Assembly: GCA_050230475.1 (NCBI GenBank)
Contig: JBFLGF010000042.1
Span: 1-64,000, forward strand
Reading direction: 5' to 3'
Source: Ancylonema sp.
Taxonomy: Eukaryota
DNA length: 64,000 nucleotides
Part shown: piece after piece, positions 1 to 13,596 of the stretch
Layout: each line of letters begins with the position of its first letter
Position numbering within the stretch: the stretch's first letter is position 1
Made by a program: the position numbers and the translations under genes
Notes under the pieces: generated by a model
What the model was told of the DNA's origin: nothing
Seen by the model: the letters and a program-made list of their open reading frames with translations, nothing else
Databases searched by the model: none

Positions 1-286
1 ATATATGAAAAACAAGGGGGGAGGGAGGGGAGGGAAGAAAAAAAATACTGAGAAAAAAACAAAAATAAATTAAAAAATGATAAGGTCTGACATAGAGTCG
101 CTGACGGTACAATCAGCATCACTTAGTCCCATGAAATAAAGGACGTAATGAATTGGATCGAGTTGCCAGGATAGCATTCAATGGGCTGGCTGTACCAATT
201 GCAGACTAGGTGATATCCTCCGTGTCTTTGACTGGGGAAACATGAAGTGCTCAGAGGCTGTGAGGGGGGGTGCTCATCTCCTGCAG

Positions 287-3200
287 GCTTTTGTGAAAAT
301 AGCTCAAGCAGTATCTTCAAGGCCGGTAAGATCAATCAAGGCTAGGGGGGAGGGGGGGGGGGGGGGGTGGGTGGGTTGTACTGAGTTTATATCGGTAATT
401 TCAGAGGTTTTTACAGATTATGTAACCTGTTTAAGCTTCGTAGTAAGTATACCATATGATGTGCTACGCGTATAGAATGATGGGGATACGTTATCTTCCC
501 ACGACACGAAAACAATACCACTTCTTCGGATACGCACACTTCATCCTCCACACATTTTGGTCCGTTTTCCGCCCCAAGTCTCCACAGTACCCCCCCTACC
601 CCTCTCCCCCCCAGGATGTGGTCCCCCCCGCCTACCTGTCCGAGCTGTCCCTTCTCCAAGACCGAATCGCCCCCTTCTCCACACAACTGGCCCTAGAGAT
701 CATCGAACAGGAACTGGGGGTACCCGTGCAAACGCTATTCTCGGATATAAGCCCACAGCCAGTGGCCGCCGCTTCCCTCGGACAGGTGAGGTGGCGCAAC
801 GGGATAGGGCCACGTTTCTCGGGGGTTTGTGTAGCGGCGAAAGTGCAGAACATTCGGTTTTTTTGCTGGGGTTTTTGTTTTTCCTCAGGTTTATGAAGCC
901 CGCCTGCGGCCCAACGGTCAGGCGGTTGCCGTGAAGGTTCAGCGGCCGGGAGTGAGGGCTGCCATTGCTCTCGATGTATTCATTCTAAGGATTCTGGCAG
1001 GGTACGCGAAGAAAGTGGCAAAAGTCAACACGGATCTGCAGGTACACAGGCGCAGACAGGCGCAAACAGGCGCAAATAGGCGCAATTGGACAGGAAGCAG
1101 GGTTGCCGTGCTCTTTAGGAATTCTGTTTATTCAGTATGCGGGAGGGGTGGGGTGGGGGGTGGGGGGTGGGGTTGGGGGGTTGGTGGCGGCAGGGTGTAG
1201 TGGACGAGTGGGCCAGCAGTCTCTTCAAGGAAATGGATTACCAGGCAGAGGCGCGGAACGGTTTACGTTTCCGCCAGCTGTTCGGTTCTGTGCCTGACGT
1301 GGTGGTGCCGCTCATGATGCCGGAACTGACGAGCAGGAGGGTGCTCGTCATGGAGTGGATAGAGGTTGGGGGGGGGGGGGGGGGGGAGGATGGGGTGGGG
1401 GGGAGGGGGGAAGGCGTTTTGTGTGTGGGGGGTTTGCTGTAGATGGTGGTTGGGGATATTGATGGGGGGGAGGGCGGGGAGGGGTGGGTGATTGGGGTTC
1501 TGTTCAGGGCCAGCGGTTGTCGGAAGTTAGCGACCTGCGGTTAGTGGAAGTACGGTGCCACCCTTACCCTGTGCCCTCTCCTTCCACCTGCTCTCCCCGG
1601 TGTCCACGTGGATAAGTTTGAATGGGCTGTGTCACAGCAAACAATCATTGGTCTATGTGGATGTGTGTATGTACATTCGCGCATGTACATGTATGTGCAC
1701 TCTTGAGAAGAGGTACAGGTGCATCACATGCAAAAAGAGTATGCATATCACGTATGTATATCTGTACGTGTGTATGTTTATGTGTATATATGTATATGCA
1801 CGTGTATCTGTATAATTGTCTCTGTCTGAACATGTATATCCACATGTATGTGCCCATACACATGGGATCGTGCCCTAAACAGGTGGGCGTTGGTGGGTAT
1901 GTTGCCCGCAGGTGGGCGTGTACTGCTCGCTGACTCAGCTTCTGGACAGCGGTTTCTACCACGCGGACCCTCACCCGGGTAACCTTCTAAAGACCCCCGA
2001 CGGCAAGCTGGCCTACCTCGACTTCGGCATGATGGGCGAGATCGAGATCGACCTTCGCGAGGCGCTGATTGAGGCCAGCGTGCATTTGGTGAACAGAGAA
2101 TTCCACGCGCTGGCAATGGATTTTGTGAAACTGGGGTAGGGGGGTGTTGGCTTGGGGATCTATTTTGGGAGGGGGCGCTTGAGCAAAGGCCGTTTTTTTT
2201 CCCCTTTGGTTTGCAGCCTGCTTCCTCCTGGACAGACTTTGGATCGGGTGGCTGCAGCTCTTACAGGTGTCAGGGCACAGGGCACGAGGAGATGGGGGGA
2301 GACATACAAATACGCATGCATACCAACAGATACATGCATGCATACATTATACATTACACATTCATACATGCATACATACATGCATAACTACGTGTCTACA
2401 TACGTACATACACGCATACTTACGTGTCTTACCTGCATTCTTACTCACATATGTGTAAGCCTGCATGCTTAAATTATTACCAGCATGCATGGGTCTACCT
2501 GCATACGAACATGCACACGTCATCCATGCATGCATCATGCATACATGTAACTGAATGTATGTACATCCACATGCACACATACACACATATATATATGTGC
2601 CTTCGTACATGTCTTCACACATTTATGAGGTTTGAGGCTCTGCTTGTTAGTATGAGTGGAAAGGAAGATAGCATCTTAGAAAGGGGCATCCACTTCACTT
2701 CCCTCCCTCTACTCTCTACTCACTCCTCTCTCTCTCTCTCTCTCTCGTCTCTCTCCCTTCCTTCCTCATCTCCTTCCCCAGGCGTGTTCGAACAGGCCAT
2801 CTCCTCAGGTGTTCGCAACATCAGCTTTGGAGACCTCTCTCTCAACCTCGGCAGAACCATGTGAGACAAAACCCAATACCCAAAACCCCTTCCAACTTTC
2901 TTCTCCGCCCCCCCATGTCCACCTCAACCCATTCCTCAATCTCTCTCGTGTCCTGTCATGCCATTCAGGTACAGCTTCAACTTCCGCCTCCCCGCCTACT
3001 TCTCTCTCGTGGTCAGAAGGTGCCAACTGTAACCCACCTACCCTACTGGAAAACGGAATGGGAATCGGAGTTGGACCAGGGTGGGGGTTGGGGGTTGGGG
3101 ATTGGATGTTGGGTCCCGTCTGCAGTTTGACCGTCCTGGAAGGCATCGCTTTAAGCAGCGACCCTCGTTATAAGGTCCTCAGCAGCTCCTACCCCTGGAT

Positions 3201-5006
3201 CGCCCGCAAGGTGCTCACAGACCAGTCCCCCCAGCTGCGAGCCACCCTCAAATCTTTGCTATACAAGGTGAATGGGGTCGTTATACGGGGGGGGGGGGGC
3301 GAGGGCTTGGAAGGGGGCGGCAAACGGACGGCCTTGTTGGTTGTAGAGGGAAGAAAGTGGGGGTGGATGCCTGACACGTGGCGCCCCGTGGACGTGCCAC
3401 GCGTGCAGGATGGGAGGTTTCGTTTTGACCGCCTGGAGAGGCTGCTGAGTGAGGTGGGGGAGGGGAACGGAAGTTTGGAAGAGGCAGGGCTGGGAGAAGG
3501 TGACACGTGGTCCTCGTTTCCTTGTTTCTTGTTTTTTTTTTGTTTTTTTTTTGTTTGTTTGTTTTCCAGTCCACTCGCCCCATGTTTGGCAATGACGGTG
3601 TGGAGGTGGTGAAGACGGCAGAGGAGAAACGTAGGGGGCTGAAGAGGGTGATGGCGTTCGCGCTGGGGGAGGAGGTGAGAGCAGGACAGGGAGAGGGGGG
3701 GGGGGTGATCTTATGGGAGGAAGTGCGGATATTCCCTCTCTCTTTTTTTAGTTTTTTAGTTTTCTTTTTTTAAAAGGTCATCACCTTTTTTTTGTCAGTG
3801 CAAAGTAAGGGGAAGCAAGGGGCGGTTGATCTGGGACCTAGTTTGTTTCGTTGTTGAAAACAGGTTTTCGTTTTTACAAAGTGGTTGGTCGATGTGTGCA
3901 AAGACCACTGGTTACCACAGCTGTTGACAAATGAAGGGAATGCCCTCCTCCCATACCTCGCCACGCTGGCATGCCAACTGCGTGGTTTTTGGTGGCGCTG
4001 CATCGTGCATTGTGCATTGTGCATTGTGCAGGGCGAGTTTGTGCGCGAAACTTTGATGGAGGAAGTCGCAAAGGTGAGGGGGGAAGGAGGAGAGAGGGAA
4101 GGGGGTTTTCCACAAAAAGAAGCAACAAAATATGCAGTGGACTGTGTTTCAACACATGCCCCCTCCAGGGTGGTGAATACTCCGCAGGGGGGGTAATTTT
4201 CAAAAAGTTTGGGGATTTCAGGTACCAATCTCACGCGTTTTTTCCTTTTTTTGGTTTCCCCAGGGCTTGGATGCGCTGAACCGTGCCGCGTTCGACTCTG
4301 CCACGTCAGCCTTGTCCGCACGGTTACCCGGGCGGCTCCTCCTGCCCTCGTCCCTGGTCAGCGAGGAGGACAGAGTGCACCTGAGCAACCTGAGGAAGTT
4401 GGGCTCATTCCTGTCCCCAGAGGTGGGCTCATTCCCCCTCCCCTGCCCTGCCCTGCCCTGCTCTGCATGCCTAGGGCTGTCTGGAGATGGGTGGATGGAT
4501 GCTCATGTACTCATGATGCTCACACCCTCCTTCTGTTGTTTTCACCTGGTACCAGACTGCAGTTGTGAAGGCGTCCGGGTATGGGCTGTGGGTGGAGGAG
4601 GAGGAGGAGGAGGAGGAGGATTTGCGTATTTCTTGGGAGGAGTTGAGGGAGGGGGTGGAGAGAGTGAGGGGGCTGCTGCAGAACACGCCCTCCCTCACCA
4701 TACTTGGGGAGGTGAGGGGAGGAGGCACAAGGGAAGCATGGGGCTCTTGTGGAATGATAGAAATGGGAGTGGCACGGGGTGAAGATTGCCTTCGGGGGGG
4801 TTTGATGGATGGGTGTGCAGCTCCCGCTGCCAGCTCAGCAGACCGCTGTGATGCTGCCAGCTGTCCTTGCTGGCAAGGTGGCTTCGCGAATGGTGGCCAG
4901 GACGATCCGGAACAGTTTGCCCAGGGCTGCTCCAGGGAGCATTGCAGTGGTGAGGGGGGGACGAGGGGGGAGAGTGGCGATGAAGTTGTATGATGCAGTG
5001 GTATGA
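287..5006 (+). CDS. ABC1K5: ABC1/UbiB-family atypical kinase, plastid ABC1K5-like; multi-exon, 5' end outside window
   Basis: GT-AG exons (approx. 287-325, 615-785, 889-1041, 1194-1364, 1508-1549, 1912-2135, 2217-2267, 2782-2860, 2969-3019, 3126-3267, 3409-3453, 3570-3674, 4032-4073, 4264-4422, 4556-4711, 4821-5006) splice to AFVKIAQAVSSRPD..PVAAASLGQVY..VAVKVQRP..EMDY..FYHADPHPGN..YLDFGMMG, the ABC1 kinase motifs. Resembles Arabidopsis At1g71810 as recalled. Confidence 0.9.
1640..2620. repeat. Intronic low-complexity (TG/CA, ATGC, ATAC) microsatellite tracts
   Basis: Degenerate gtat/atgt repeats at about 1640-1870 and cata/catg repeats at about 2290-2620, inside ABC1K introns. Confidence 0.8.
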
Positions 5007-6550
5007 TGTTCGGAGATAATGATCCATACTGAATCATGAGAAGGGTGCATATCTTTTTGCAACTTTTTTTTTTTGTTGTTTTTCACTTCAATTTCATTTT
5101 TTTTTATCAATGTTTTTTACCCCTGAAAAACAACCGACGAGTCATTCGGCTGAGTCACCCGCTCTGGATTTACATTTCTTAGTCCTGGATCATTATCACT
5201 ACTGGGTATGGTGCGACGACTGAAGGGATAAGCCGTCAGGTTGTGGATAGATGTGGATGAGACGTGGGGCTGTGTGGGTGAGGTAATCTCCTTTGGGGCG
5301 TTTTAGTCGCTGTGGTGTAATTCAATCATGGTGTTGTCGCTTGGGTGGGTTGTTGAAGATCAGCAGAACGCAGAGTGAATAGAGGGAGGGAGCCCGTGCT
5401 GCGCGTTGCAACTGCTCCAGAGTTTTTCTTTCATTCTTAGATGTACATCTCAAGTAGGCTTTGTTTTTTACAGAGTTTCTCGTGTCCATTTTTTTGGGTG
5501 TTATCCTTTAGCCCATTAGGGGAACGCGAGTGCAGGTTAGCCTGCTGAGATTTGCTTCCACATGGTGGATTTTGTAGACATTGTCGATCTACGAACCTTG
5601 TACAAAGACCTGTCACTTGAAAGCCGGAGTACTTCCCAAATTTATATCGAAGTAGGGCTCGAACACATCCATAGGATGGCAAAAAAAAGTGCGAGTATTC
5701 GTGTTTGCATGTGAGACAGCTATGAGCAAATTCGTGGTTTGGAATTCAGCTACGAAGGGCAAATGGATGTGTGCAAATGGGAAGATTGAAGGAGCAGTGC
5801 TGAATGCACAGTCGGTCCCGTACACGCGCTTGCGTGCCCACTCATTGCGTGATGAAAAAACACGTGGCCTCCCAGTCCTCTTGAAATAATTCTTGCACAT
5901 GTCAACCAGATGAGTGTCCAAGAATTCACTGTATGTCTTTTATATAGTAAGTCTTTGAGGAGCACTACGAAATCTGACCAGATCATTTGCCAGTGGCTAA
6001 CAAAAATTGATGAGTTTTGCTTCAAAGGACGGTGTGTTCAGTTTAACCCCATATGTTGTGTATACAGAAACGACAATATGTATGTTCTCGTCAGAAACCC
6101 CGTGGTCATGGCTGGCCGGCATTGAATGCAGTGGCAACGAGATTGCTAGGCAAATGTCACAATGTTGTCAAGTGGCGATTATGTTCAATTGTCGATCCCA
6201 TGATTGTGGTCGTCAACAAAGTAGGCAGGATTCAAGGCCTGCCACAAATAGTTTATGGATACAAGTCCCATCAAACAACATCTTTTACATGATCAGGGCA
6301 AACAAGCAAAAAGTCGAGCTACCTTTTTTCCGTCCTTTTTCCCCGTGGTCTGTATCCATTATTTATCCAAGCCAAGCGATCAGACGCTCCTGTATCTTGA
6401 GGTTGAAACATAGACATGGAATGACGAATATCAATACCTCATTCTTGGTGACACAAGAACACTACTTAGTGACCAGCTGAAAAGACTTCGTTGTCTTTAG
6501 TACAAGTGGTTCTCCTTCTTTCACATAAACTGGAGGCCATGAATCTCCTC

Positions 6551-6817
6551 TCACGTGGTTTTCCCGACATCCATTATGGACTTCAGGGATGGTGCAAACA
6601 AGGAGTAGACAACGGCTTGCCGTTTTGCTACCTCCAAATCATTTATGGCTGCAGCCAAGGCCTTGATGATGGCTCCAGGGTCCTGAATGTCTTTATTTCG
6701 TCGATACTCCTGGCGAGTTTTCCTCAACACGAATTCACGAATGTTGTAATTCGGAAAAGTCCTTCCCGTCTTCAAGAGATGACGATACACGGACAGAGAG
6801 TCTTGCCTCAAAGCCAT
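6551..6817 (-). CDS. ISD11: LYR-motif protein ISD11/LYRM4 (Fe-S cluster assembly, NFS1 partner)
   Basis: Intronless 88-aa ORF: SVYRHLLKTGRTFPNYNIREFVLRKTRQEYR...LEVAKRQAVVYSLFAP, typical of LYRM4. Confidence 0.9.
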   Translation of the reverse strand: MALRQDSLSVYRHLLKTGRTFPNYNIREFVLRKTRQEYRRNKDIQDPGAIIKALAAAINDLEVAKRQAVVYSLFAPSLKSIMDVGKTT

Positions 6818-7130
6818 TCGTATTTTGAAAGAGAAATCCTCGTATTACCGATCTCCTCAAGTAAAAATGACAGCTAGCTGTGCACACAGACACCAGAAAG
6901 AATTGGTGCGTGAACAACACGCATGATCAAACCTGATTGTGTCGTCTTTGACGAGTCTTGCCACTCCCCATGGTCGCAGCCTGTTCGCAGGAAAGGCAGT
7001 CTGTGCGGTTTAACCCAGATGCAGTGAATATTACCGGATACCCTGAGTGCAGTAGCTTGTTCCAGACTTCTACCTATGGCGCCCTTCTGAATCAGAAACG
7101 CATCGGGAGGTCGCACAAGGTGCACGCACA

Positions 7131-8080
7131 TGGCGGTAACCCGCATTTTTTTTGCCCAGTTTAAAAATAACCCGCATATACCCTGAAGTTACCCTCAAAT
7201 ACCCTAACGTACCCCTGATTACCCCCACCATACCCTTAAATACCCGGAAATTTCCCTAAAACCCCCTCAAATACCCGGAATAACCCTAGCATATCCTAAC
7301 ATACCCTGAGGGTATTATACCCTATCAAAAGCTAAAAAAAAATCCCATTATATATATATATATAAAAAAAAACTTGGCATAATTAAAATTTAAATGTTAA
7401 GAGAGTCTCTTTGAAAGACACGCAATTGTAAAGCCTACACGTTTTACACACGAGTATTTGACGGTATCGTTGTAAATAACATGGAGCATGTCAACCATAG
7501 TGACTCGATCATCTTCTTCTTCCGAAAGATCCACATTCCGCCGAAAGTGTTCAACACATTTCTCATGGGATGGTTCTTCTTCACCAACTAACTCTTGCGT
7601 ATCAAGTGACATGTCCATGACGAAAAATGGTTGCTACTGTGTCACCAAGCCTCAACAAAAAAATCAGCCACCCACCCACATAGTTATCCACGACATCTAC
7701 ACAAGTCCGATCTAGGCAGCCTCGAGACTATCTAAGCCGCGAGCGACAACTTGTTGCCGTCAAAGGGGATAGGGTTCGCGCCGTTCGCAACAAGGTTTTA
7801 TGGGCCACGGCCAGGCCGCACAAATTCGTAACTGAAAATTAGGCGATAAGAAACCTATAAATGGCAAAAAAAATCCGGAAGAACCTACCACAACCTACCC
7901 TGATGTACCCTCGAATACCCCTCAAATACCCTGGGGTATTCCGGGTATTTTCGGGTATGAGGGTTATTCCGGGTTATTGCGGGTTTTTAACCCGGTTTTT
8001 GGCTGCCGGGTTATTTGCGGGTTAATACCTCAGGGTTACGGGTTAAGGGTTTTCCGGGTTAAGGGTAGACCGCCACCCTA
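7131..8080. mobile_element. Non-autonomous hAT-like DNA transposon with (T)ACCC / GGGT(T/A) subterminal repeats
   Basis: Right end ACCGCCACCCTA, left end TGGCGGTAACCC (first TIR bases missing). CGCACA flanks both sides (partial TSD). Arrays of taccc on the left and gggtt/gggta on the right. Confidence 0.7.
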
Positions 8081-8718
8081 CGCACAACTCAACGGGACCG
8101 GAGAGCCCGCAGCCCATGGGTTCCCGAGATGCGAGCCCAGAGTACCAGGAGTTTGAGCCCTCGGCCCGCATCATGTGGGGTTCCTGGGCTGGCAGCCCAG
8201 ACTGGGCTGCTACACGGCAGGCGGTAGTGGCCATAATTTTCGACTTTGTCCGACATGAGGTGATGTTTCTTATTGTGACGCTGAACAAACTTAGTTAAAG
8301 TTTAGTTTAACGTATTTTGAAATATCTTTATTCAACTATTTTTTGGGAGGAATGCCAAAATTGCAACAAAGCATTGATCCGCAATACTACTAAAACCATC
8401 TCACTTCAATATTTGAAGTGTTACGGTAGTAATAATTGAAACACAAAATAATAAATATATGATGTTTCAAGTGTTCATCAAGCATATCATTCGATGTCAA
8501 TTGCAACTTATGCTTCCGACGCCGTTGTGATGTGGTTATCTAACGGGAATTTACTTCATTGTGACGACACTTAGGTTGTTTTACTAAAATTAAATTTCAT
8601 AGATAGTATACACACGCCCATAGATAAACGTGTGAGTATATCACACGCTCAATGTAAGGCTACGAGAAGCTACGAGAGAACTTTTTTTTTTTTGGGGACC
8701 AAAGGTCGTGCTTGAATG

Positions 8719-9124
8719 CATAGTTGGATCAAATACACACGCCCGGAGATATATGTACACGCACGCTCTTTGTAAGGCGACGAGAATTTGTTGTAAAACA
8801 CATCCCTTTTTTTTGGGGAGCAAAGGTCACAGTTCACTGCATAAGTAGGTCGCGATTTCTCGATCCTCCAATCCTGATTGAGATCGAATCGGAGCCAATC
8901 CGAAATGGAATCGGATCGGATCGGGGCCCAAGAGAGTATAAATATTGTCTCCATTCAATTACTTTTCTTATATAGAGACTTTTCATGTGTATGAGCATGC
9001 TTAAAGTCGGTTTTTATCTAATTAAATATAGGGGGGATCCGGTAGGGGGGTTCCGGTATCACGGTCTAGAATGTATTTTTTTTCCGTCGAAGAATCCACG
9101 ATTCTTCGACGGGATCCAATCATG
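8719..9124. mobile_element. Degenerate hAT-type MITE (CATAGTTG family)
   Basis: Ends CATAGTTGGATC ... GATCCAATCATG; no clean TSD. Confidence 0.45.
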
Positions 9125-11612
9125 ACTTCCCGGACGGCGGTTTTGTGAAAAACTTGAACTCTGTAAATTAAGTGGAGATTTGAGCTATATCAATGATTTT
9201 TTTTTGTAGATGGTGACTCAAGGATGACTTGGGTGAAGAAATAAGTTGATTTGGAGTTGTGGTTCGGAAGAGATCGATTTTACAAATATAGCGTTTTGAG
9301 TGCTAATTAGGTGGGCGGATAATACGAGGTCGAAACTTTGAAGTGATCGATACGCGTCGTCTGTGGTCAGAATTGAGTCATTCGTTGTGTTATCTGTTTC
9401 ATTTGGAGAGATACACGTAGTGACTCGTAGGTGACAAGTGTACAAGCTTAGAGGCCGTGGGCTGTCGATCCCAGAAGTTGCATCTTGATAGTGTTTGTGT
9501 GGATTATACTATAACATTAATGTCGGAACTTTTGACCTAATTAATTTTGGAGAAAATATTTTTGCAAATAATTCATGACGTTTTATTTTGATGAATTTCA
9601 GAATTGAGCATACAAGTACTTGACTTTCAACTAAGAAGAGTAGTGCAGATTCAACATGTTATAGGTTTGAGGCCAAGCCGGGCGTGACCGTGATCCGTCC
9701 CTTCAGGCCCAAATGCCGGACGGGCGTTAAAAATATACTTTCATCATGTATATTCGGGTTTGAACTTCAACCCCCAATCCATGTAACCCAAACAAACCCC
9801 AAAAAAATCTATTTCAAACTTTGAAGAGGTTTTCCGTCAAGAGTAAATCGGTAGACTTTGTTTCGTAGATCATTCGTTTTGTGCATAATTCCAATATCTT
9901 ATATTATTGTATACCCTAAAACTCCCAGCTGCATCCACATTTACTAAGAATACTATCGCGTGAGCAAAAAAACAAATACAAATATTTATATCATTTATAA
10001 TTTTAAAAAAAAAAAAAAAAAACGTGAGCTCCGTCCCGGGCAGACCGGGGTTTAAGACCACCTGATGGGAGTTTGGACAACTATGATAATGATTAGAATC
10101 GGAACCGTATCGGGCCCGATTCGGTCTCGAAGATCGGATACAACTAGTCATGGTTGGTTTCCGGGGTCGGCCCGGGAGTGGGTCCGCTTTGGTCCCGAGC
10201 GGTTGTGCTCCCGGACCGGTCCGGAAAACTTCCGAAAGGTCCGGGGCCAAAACCGATTATTACAGCTAATAACTTCAGACAAGATAACAGGCCTCATGAT
10301 ATGACATTCACTTTTTTTTTTTTTTTTTTTTTTAATTGTGTGTAGGATACAATACGAAAGTAGGTACGATTTGTATATGCCTATCAAGGTCATCATTTAA
10401 AGAAAATACACATGCGGGTGCGCACATGTGACGACACCATAAACAAGTATGCATCACCACACATAGTCTTTATAATATTTCGTCGTAATTTATCACACAA
10501 ATAAAACTTGCATAATTTAAAATTTGAACACCCGGGAGACTCATCGGTTGTTTTCTATTCAACGAATGTAAACAATATTTCGGGATCACAACATACCTAA
10601 GTGGCGACTTCATAGACAATTCCGCATCTCACGATTTGTATATTGTTTTTAGTTGCTCCCTTTGAGCGGGGATGCTCTTGGGGCACTATTACTAACATGA
10701 GCTTTCTAATACCATGCAAATGTGCAATTCAAAACAAAAACTAAAAGAAAGGTTTTTACACGATGATAAGCTAGTACTTAGTCGTCTCCGGTTTTTTTTT
10801 TTTTTTTTTAAGCGGGGGCGTCCGAGTCCGGGACCGGTCCGGAAGATTTAGAGACGGTTTGGGGCAAATTATGTGACTCGGGGAGAAAAATAATAAAGGC
10901 CACACTCGGTGCATATGAAAGCGAATATGACATCATGCGACCCATGAAAGTAATTATTGCAAGTCATGAGTATCAAATATAATGTGGTTCTCGTTCATAG
11001 CAATCTAAGCATCTCAAATGCCTACTTATATGGACCACTAGATTTAAACCGCGGTTCATTAAGGTCCGATATCGGAAAGCCGCATGAACCGCGGTCTTGG
11101 GTCCGCGGTTTTGGGTTTTTCAATGCCCGGTACATTTTTTCCGCGGGAAATGGACGCGGGAAATGTACGCGGGGGGGAATACGAGAGGAGTATTTGTCTT
11201 TGAAAGTTGTTTTCATTGCACAAGACGAAATTACACACCAATTATTTTTTCCGGAGTTTTTCCTCCACTAAAAACCTTTTGGGAGCTCCATATAGTCCAT
11301 AGTTGCACGGCCAAAGAATCGGATCCGAACCGGATCTTAGATGGAATCGGTTCCGACAAAAGTGGTATAAGGTTCGGATTCAAAGAAAATGGGGTTTTCC
11401 CACCACTTAAGTACCATATTAAAGGGTACATGCAACAAAAAAAAATTGCACATAGTTTGTTTTTTTGTATAGCTCGACACGAGCATTTAATAAAAATACC
11501 ATAAAAATGATATATATTGTAATACAAAATCGTAAGAATTCTCCACGTGTGTACAACCTCTTTACATTGGGTTAATTTCATCGTTGATTTCATTTTGTAA
11601 GATTCGTCGATA

Positions 11613-12197
11613 CCGTAGCGGCCAGAGAAATAATGTGCCAAAAAATAATAACCATATTGCCTCGCGCACACGTTTTTGGTGCGTACTAAATTGATTATTT
11701 TGACCATGCTGGATCACCGTTTTGGCGCAAATATATATTTCAAATCGACGACGTTTTGCTTCACCAATATAAAATAGCGGAAATTCAAATTCCACATCGA
11801 TAGCAGAATTTCGAGAATTACTATAGCGAGGGGTGCTTGTAGTCAAGATTTTATCCGCGCCACGGGCTCTGAGGTCAGCAACTTCGGGCTCGTGTACCCG
11901 TGCTCGTGAACATCACTCTTTGTCCCATTTTTGGAGGTTGCTGGATTCGAGGAGCACAGAACCCGAGGGTTGAGGGCTCCCTCCTGCCCCCGTACAAGGT
12001 GGCGCAAGTAAAATCGGAAAATACCAAATAAATAGGAAAACGCTTGACGCAACTATTTTTTGTGTCATTTTTATTCATTTTGGTCGGCGCACAATTTTGG
12101 CGCGTACTAATTTATTAAAATTTGGTTGGCGCAACTGTAGCCTACTTCTAACAATTATTTTTCAGATTTGTTGGCGCATTGTCTCGGGCCGCTACGG
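11613..12197. mobile_element. Tc1/mariner(pogo)-type MITE
   Basis: TA|CCGTAGCGGCC ... GGCCGCTACGG|TA terminal inverted repeats with TA duplication. Confidence 0.8.
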
Positions 12198-12548
12198 TAC
12201 TACATGTTTCCATTCATGTACAACAAGTTGACAACAAAGAATACATCTCATTGTTTCCATCCGGGAACGCCCTCATTCCATGCTTTTCTTCTCAATTCCA
12301 TGAATGCCTAGTAAATCAATGTCAAAATGTTCACATAATGCGATAATATGTTTTCGTAAATCTTGATATGTCACATGTTATATCCAATGTTCTCCAATTT
12401 TAACTCTATCACTCCTTCTAGTCCAATACAATAATTATGTGCTATATCACCTATTTTACTACAATATTTTACCCAAAATCCAGACCTCGCTCATCTGTAA
12501 ATCAGAGTCTTCATGTTATACTTTCAACATCCATGATTTTGAAGATAA

Positions 12549-13596
12549 TGTCACGCATGTTTGAGTCGTCTCCTTAAAACCCCTCTGCGATAATTATAAT
12601 ATTAAAATAGCCGCGCCGCTATGTTTTTCCGCCTAATCACGACTCCGCCCCCGCACATTACATTCCGAGCTTCGTCACTAACTGGCGCCTTTTAAATTTT
12701 CCCTTTGTATTTGAATTGATTAGACTACGTGTCGTTGACTTGTCAATTATATTTGATCGTGACCATAGCATTCCATATCGACAGCTCATAATAAATGAGA
12801 GAACTAGAACCAATTTTAGCGCGCAATCATATAGATGTCCCACGCGTATCTCAGAGAATGCGCGAGTATAATATTCTGAAGCGACAACAATAAAAACCTC
12901 CCGTAACTTTCAAGTCCCAGGTTTCGCTGGCTTTGACGGTGAAGAGATCATGCCTTATATAACATTGTTTTCTTCGATCTACATTGTTGCTATCGCAAAC
13001 CTTTCCATCGTGTGTATAATATTTGATTTCGAAACCATGTTGTTATCGAGCTTACGCTCTCGGTGAATTGTTGCATCAAGCTGTCGCTTTGCAAACCGTG
13101 TGAATATTATCTATACCGAAATTATCGATTGTCTGACGTGCTACGCAGTTTTTGATTACCCGAGCTTACGCTCAATTACCAGAGTTGTCGCTCACCCGTG
13201 CAAACCTTTCGCGCATCTCTTTTGCTGCTATTGACAAACCTTGCAGACTTGTGCCACAATCAGTTGCTTGCCACAACCAATTGCTTGCTTGAAATCCGCT
13301 TTAGCTGTAATTTTGAGTCGCTCTTGTTATTCTTTGCTGTCAAGTAACTTACAGCGTGTAATAGATTTCTAGTAGCAAGAAGTACAACGAATAAAGCATG
13401 AAAGTTGCCTCGTGTGTGTAATTGTTTACGATTACCGCCGCGTATCAAGCGAGCAAAACACTATCACTTACGATATTCCTATCTCCAATCCCCGCCATTG
13501 CTACATCGACATGAGCCTAATAGTGTGATTACCCACTCATCGACTCCTAACGTCATCGATGACCCCTTTACCTTACCGATCGCATCCGGCACGTCA
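12549..13596 (+). mobile_element. Solo LTR (or deletion derivative) related to the Gag/DNMT-like element at 55685-62309
   Basis: TGTCA...CGTCA ends and 4-bp TSD ATAA. The 5' ~560 bp resembles the reverse complement of 61715-62309; the last ~130 bp resembles the reverse complement of 55685-55827. Confidence 0.85.

Noticed and set aside
1555..2864. ORFs rich in C/M/Y/V/H
   Set aside because: Translations of intronic TG/CA microsatellites.
5910..6480. ORFs faintly resembling a glycosyltransferase (VLVRNP, FYMIRAN)
   Set aside because: Motifs lie in different frames without splice support; probably the ISD11 3' region.
7960..8070. GGGTTA/TTAAGGG-like repeats resembling an interstitial telomere
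   Set aside because: Irregular spacing and mirrored TACCC repeats at 7160-7320 show they are subterminal repeats of a hAT-like element.
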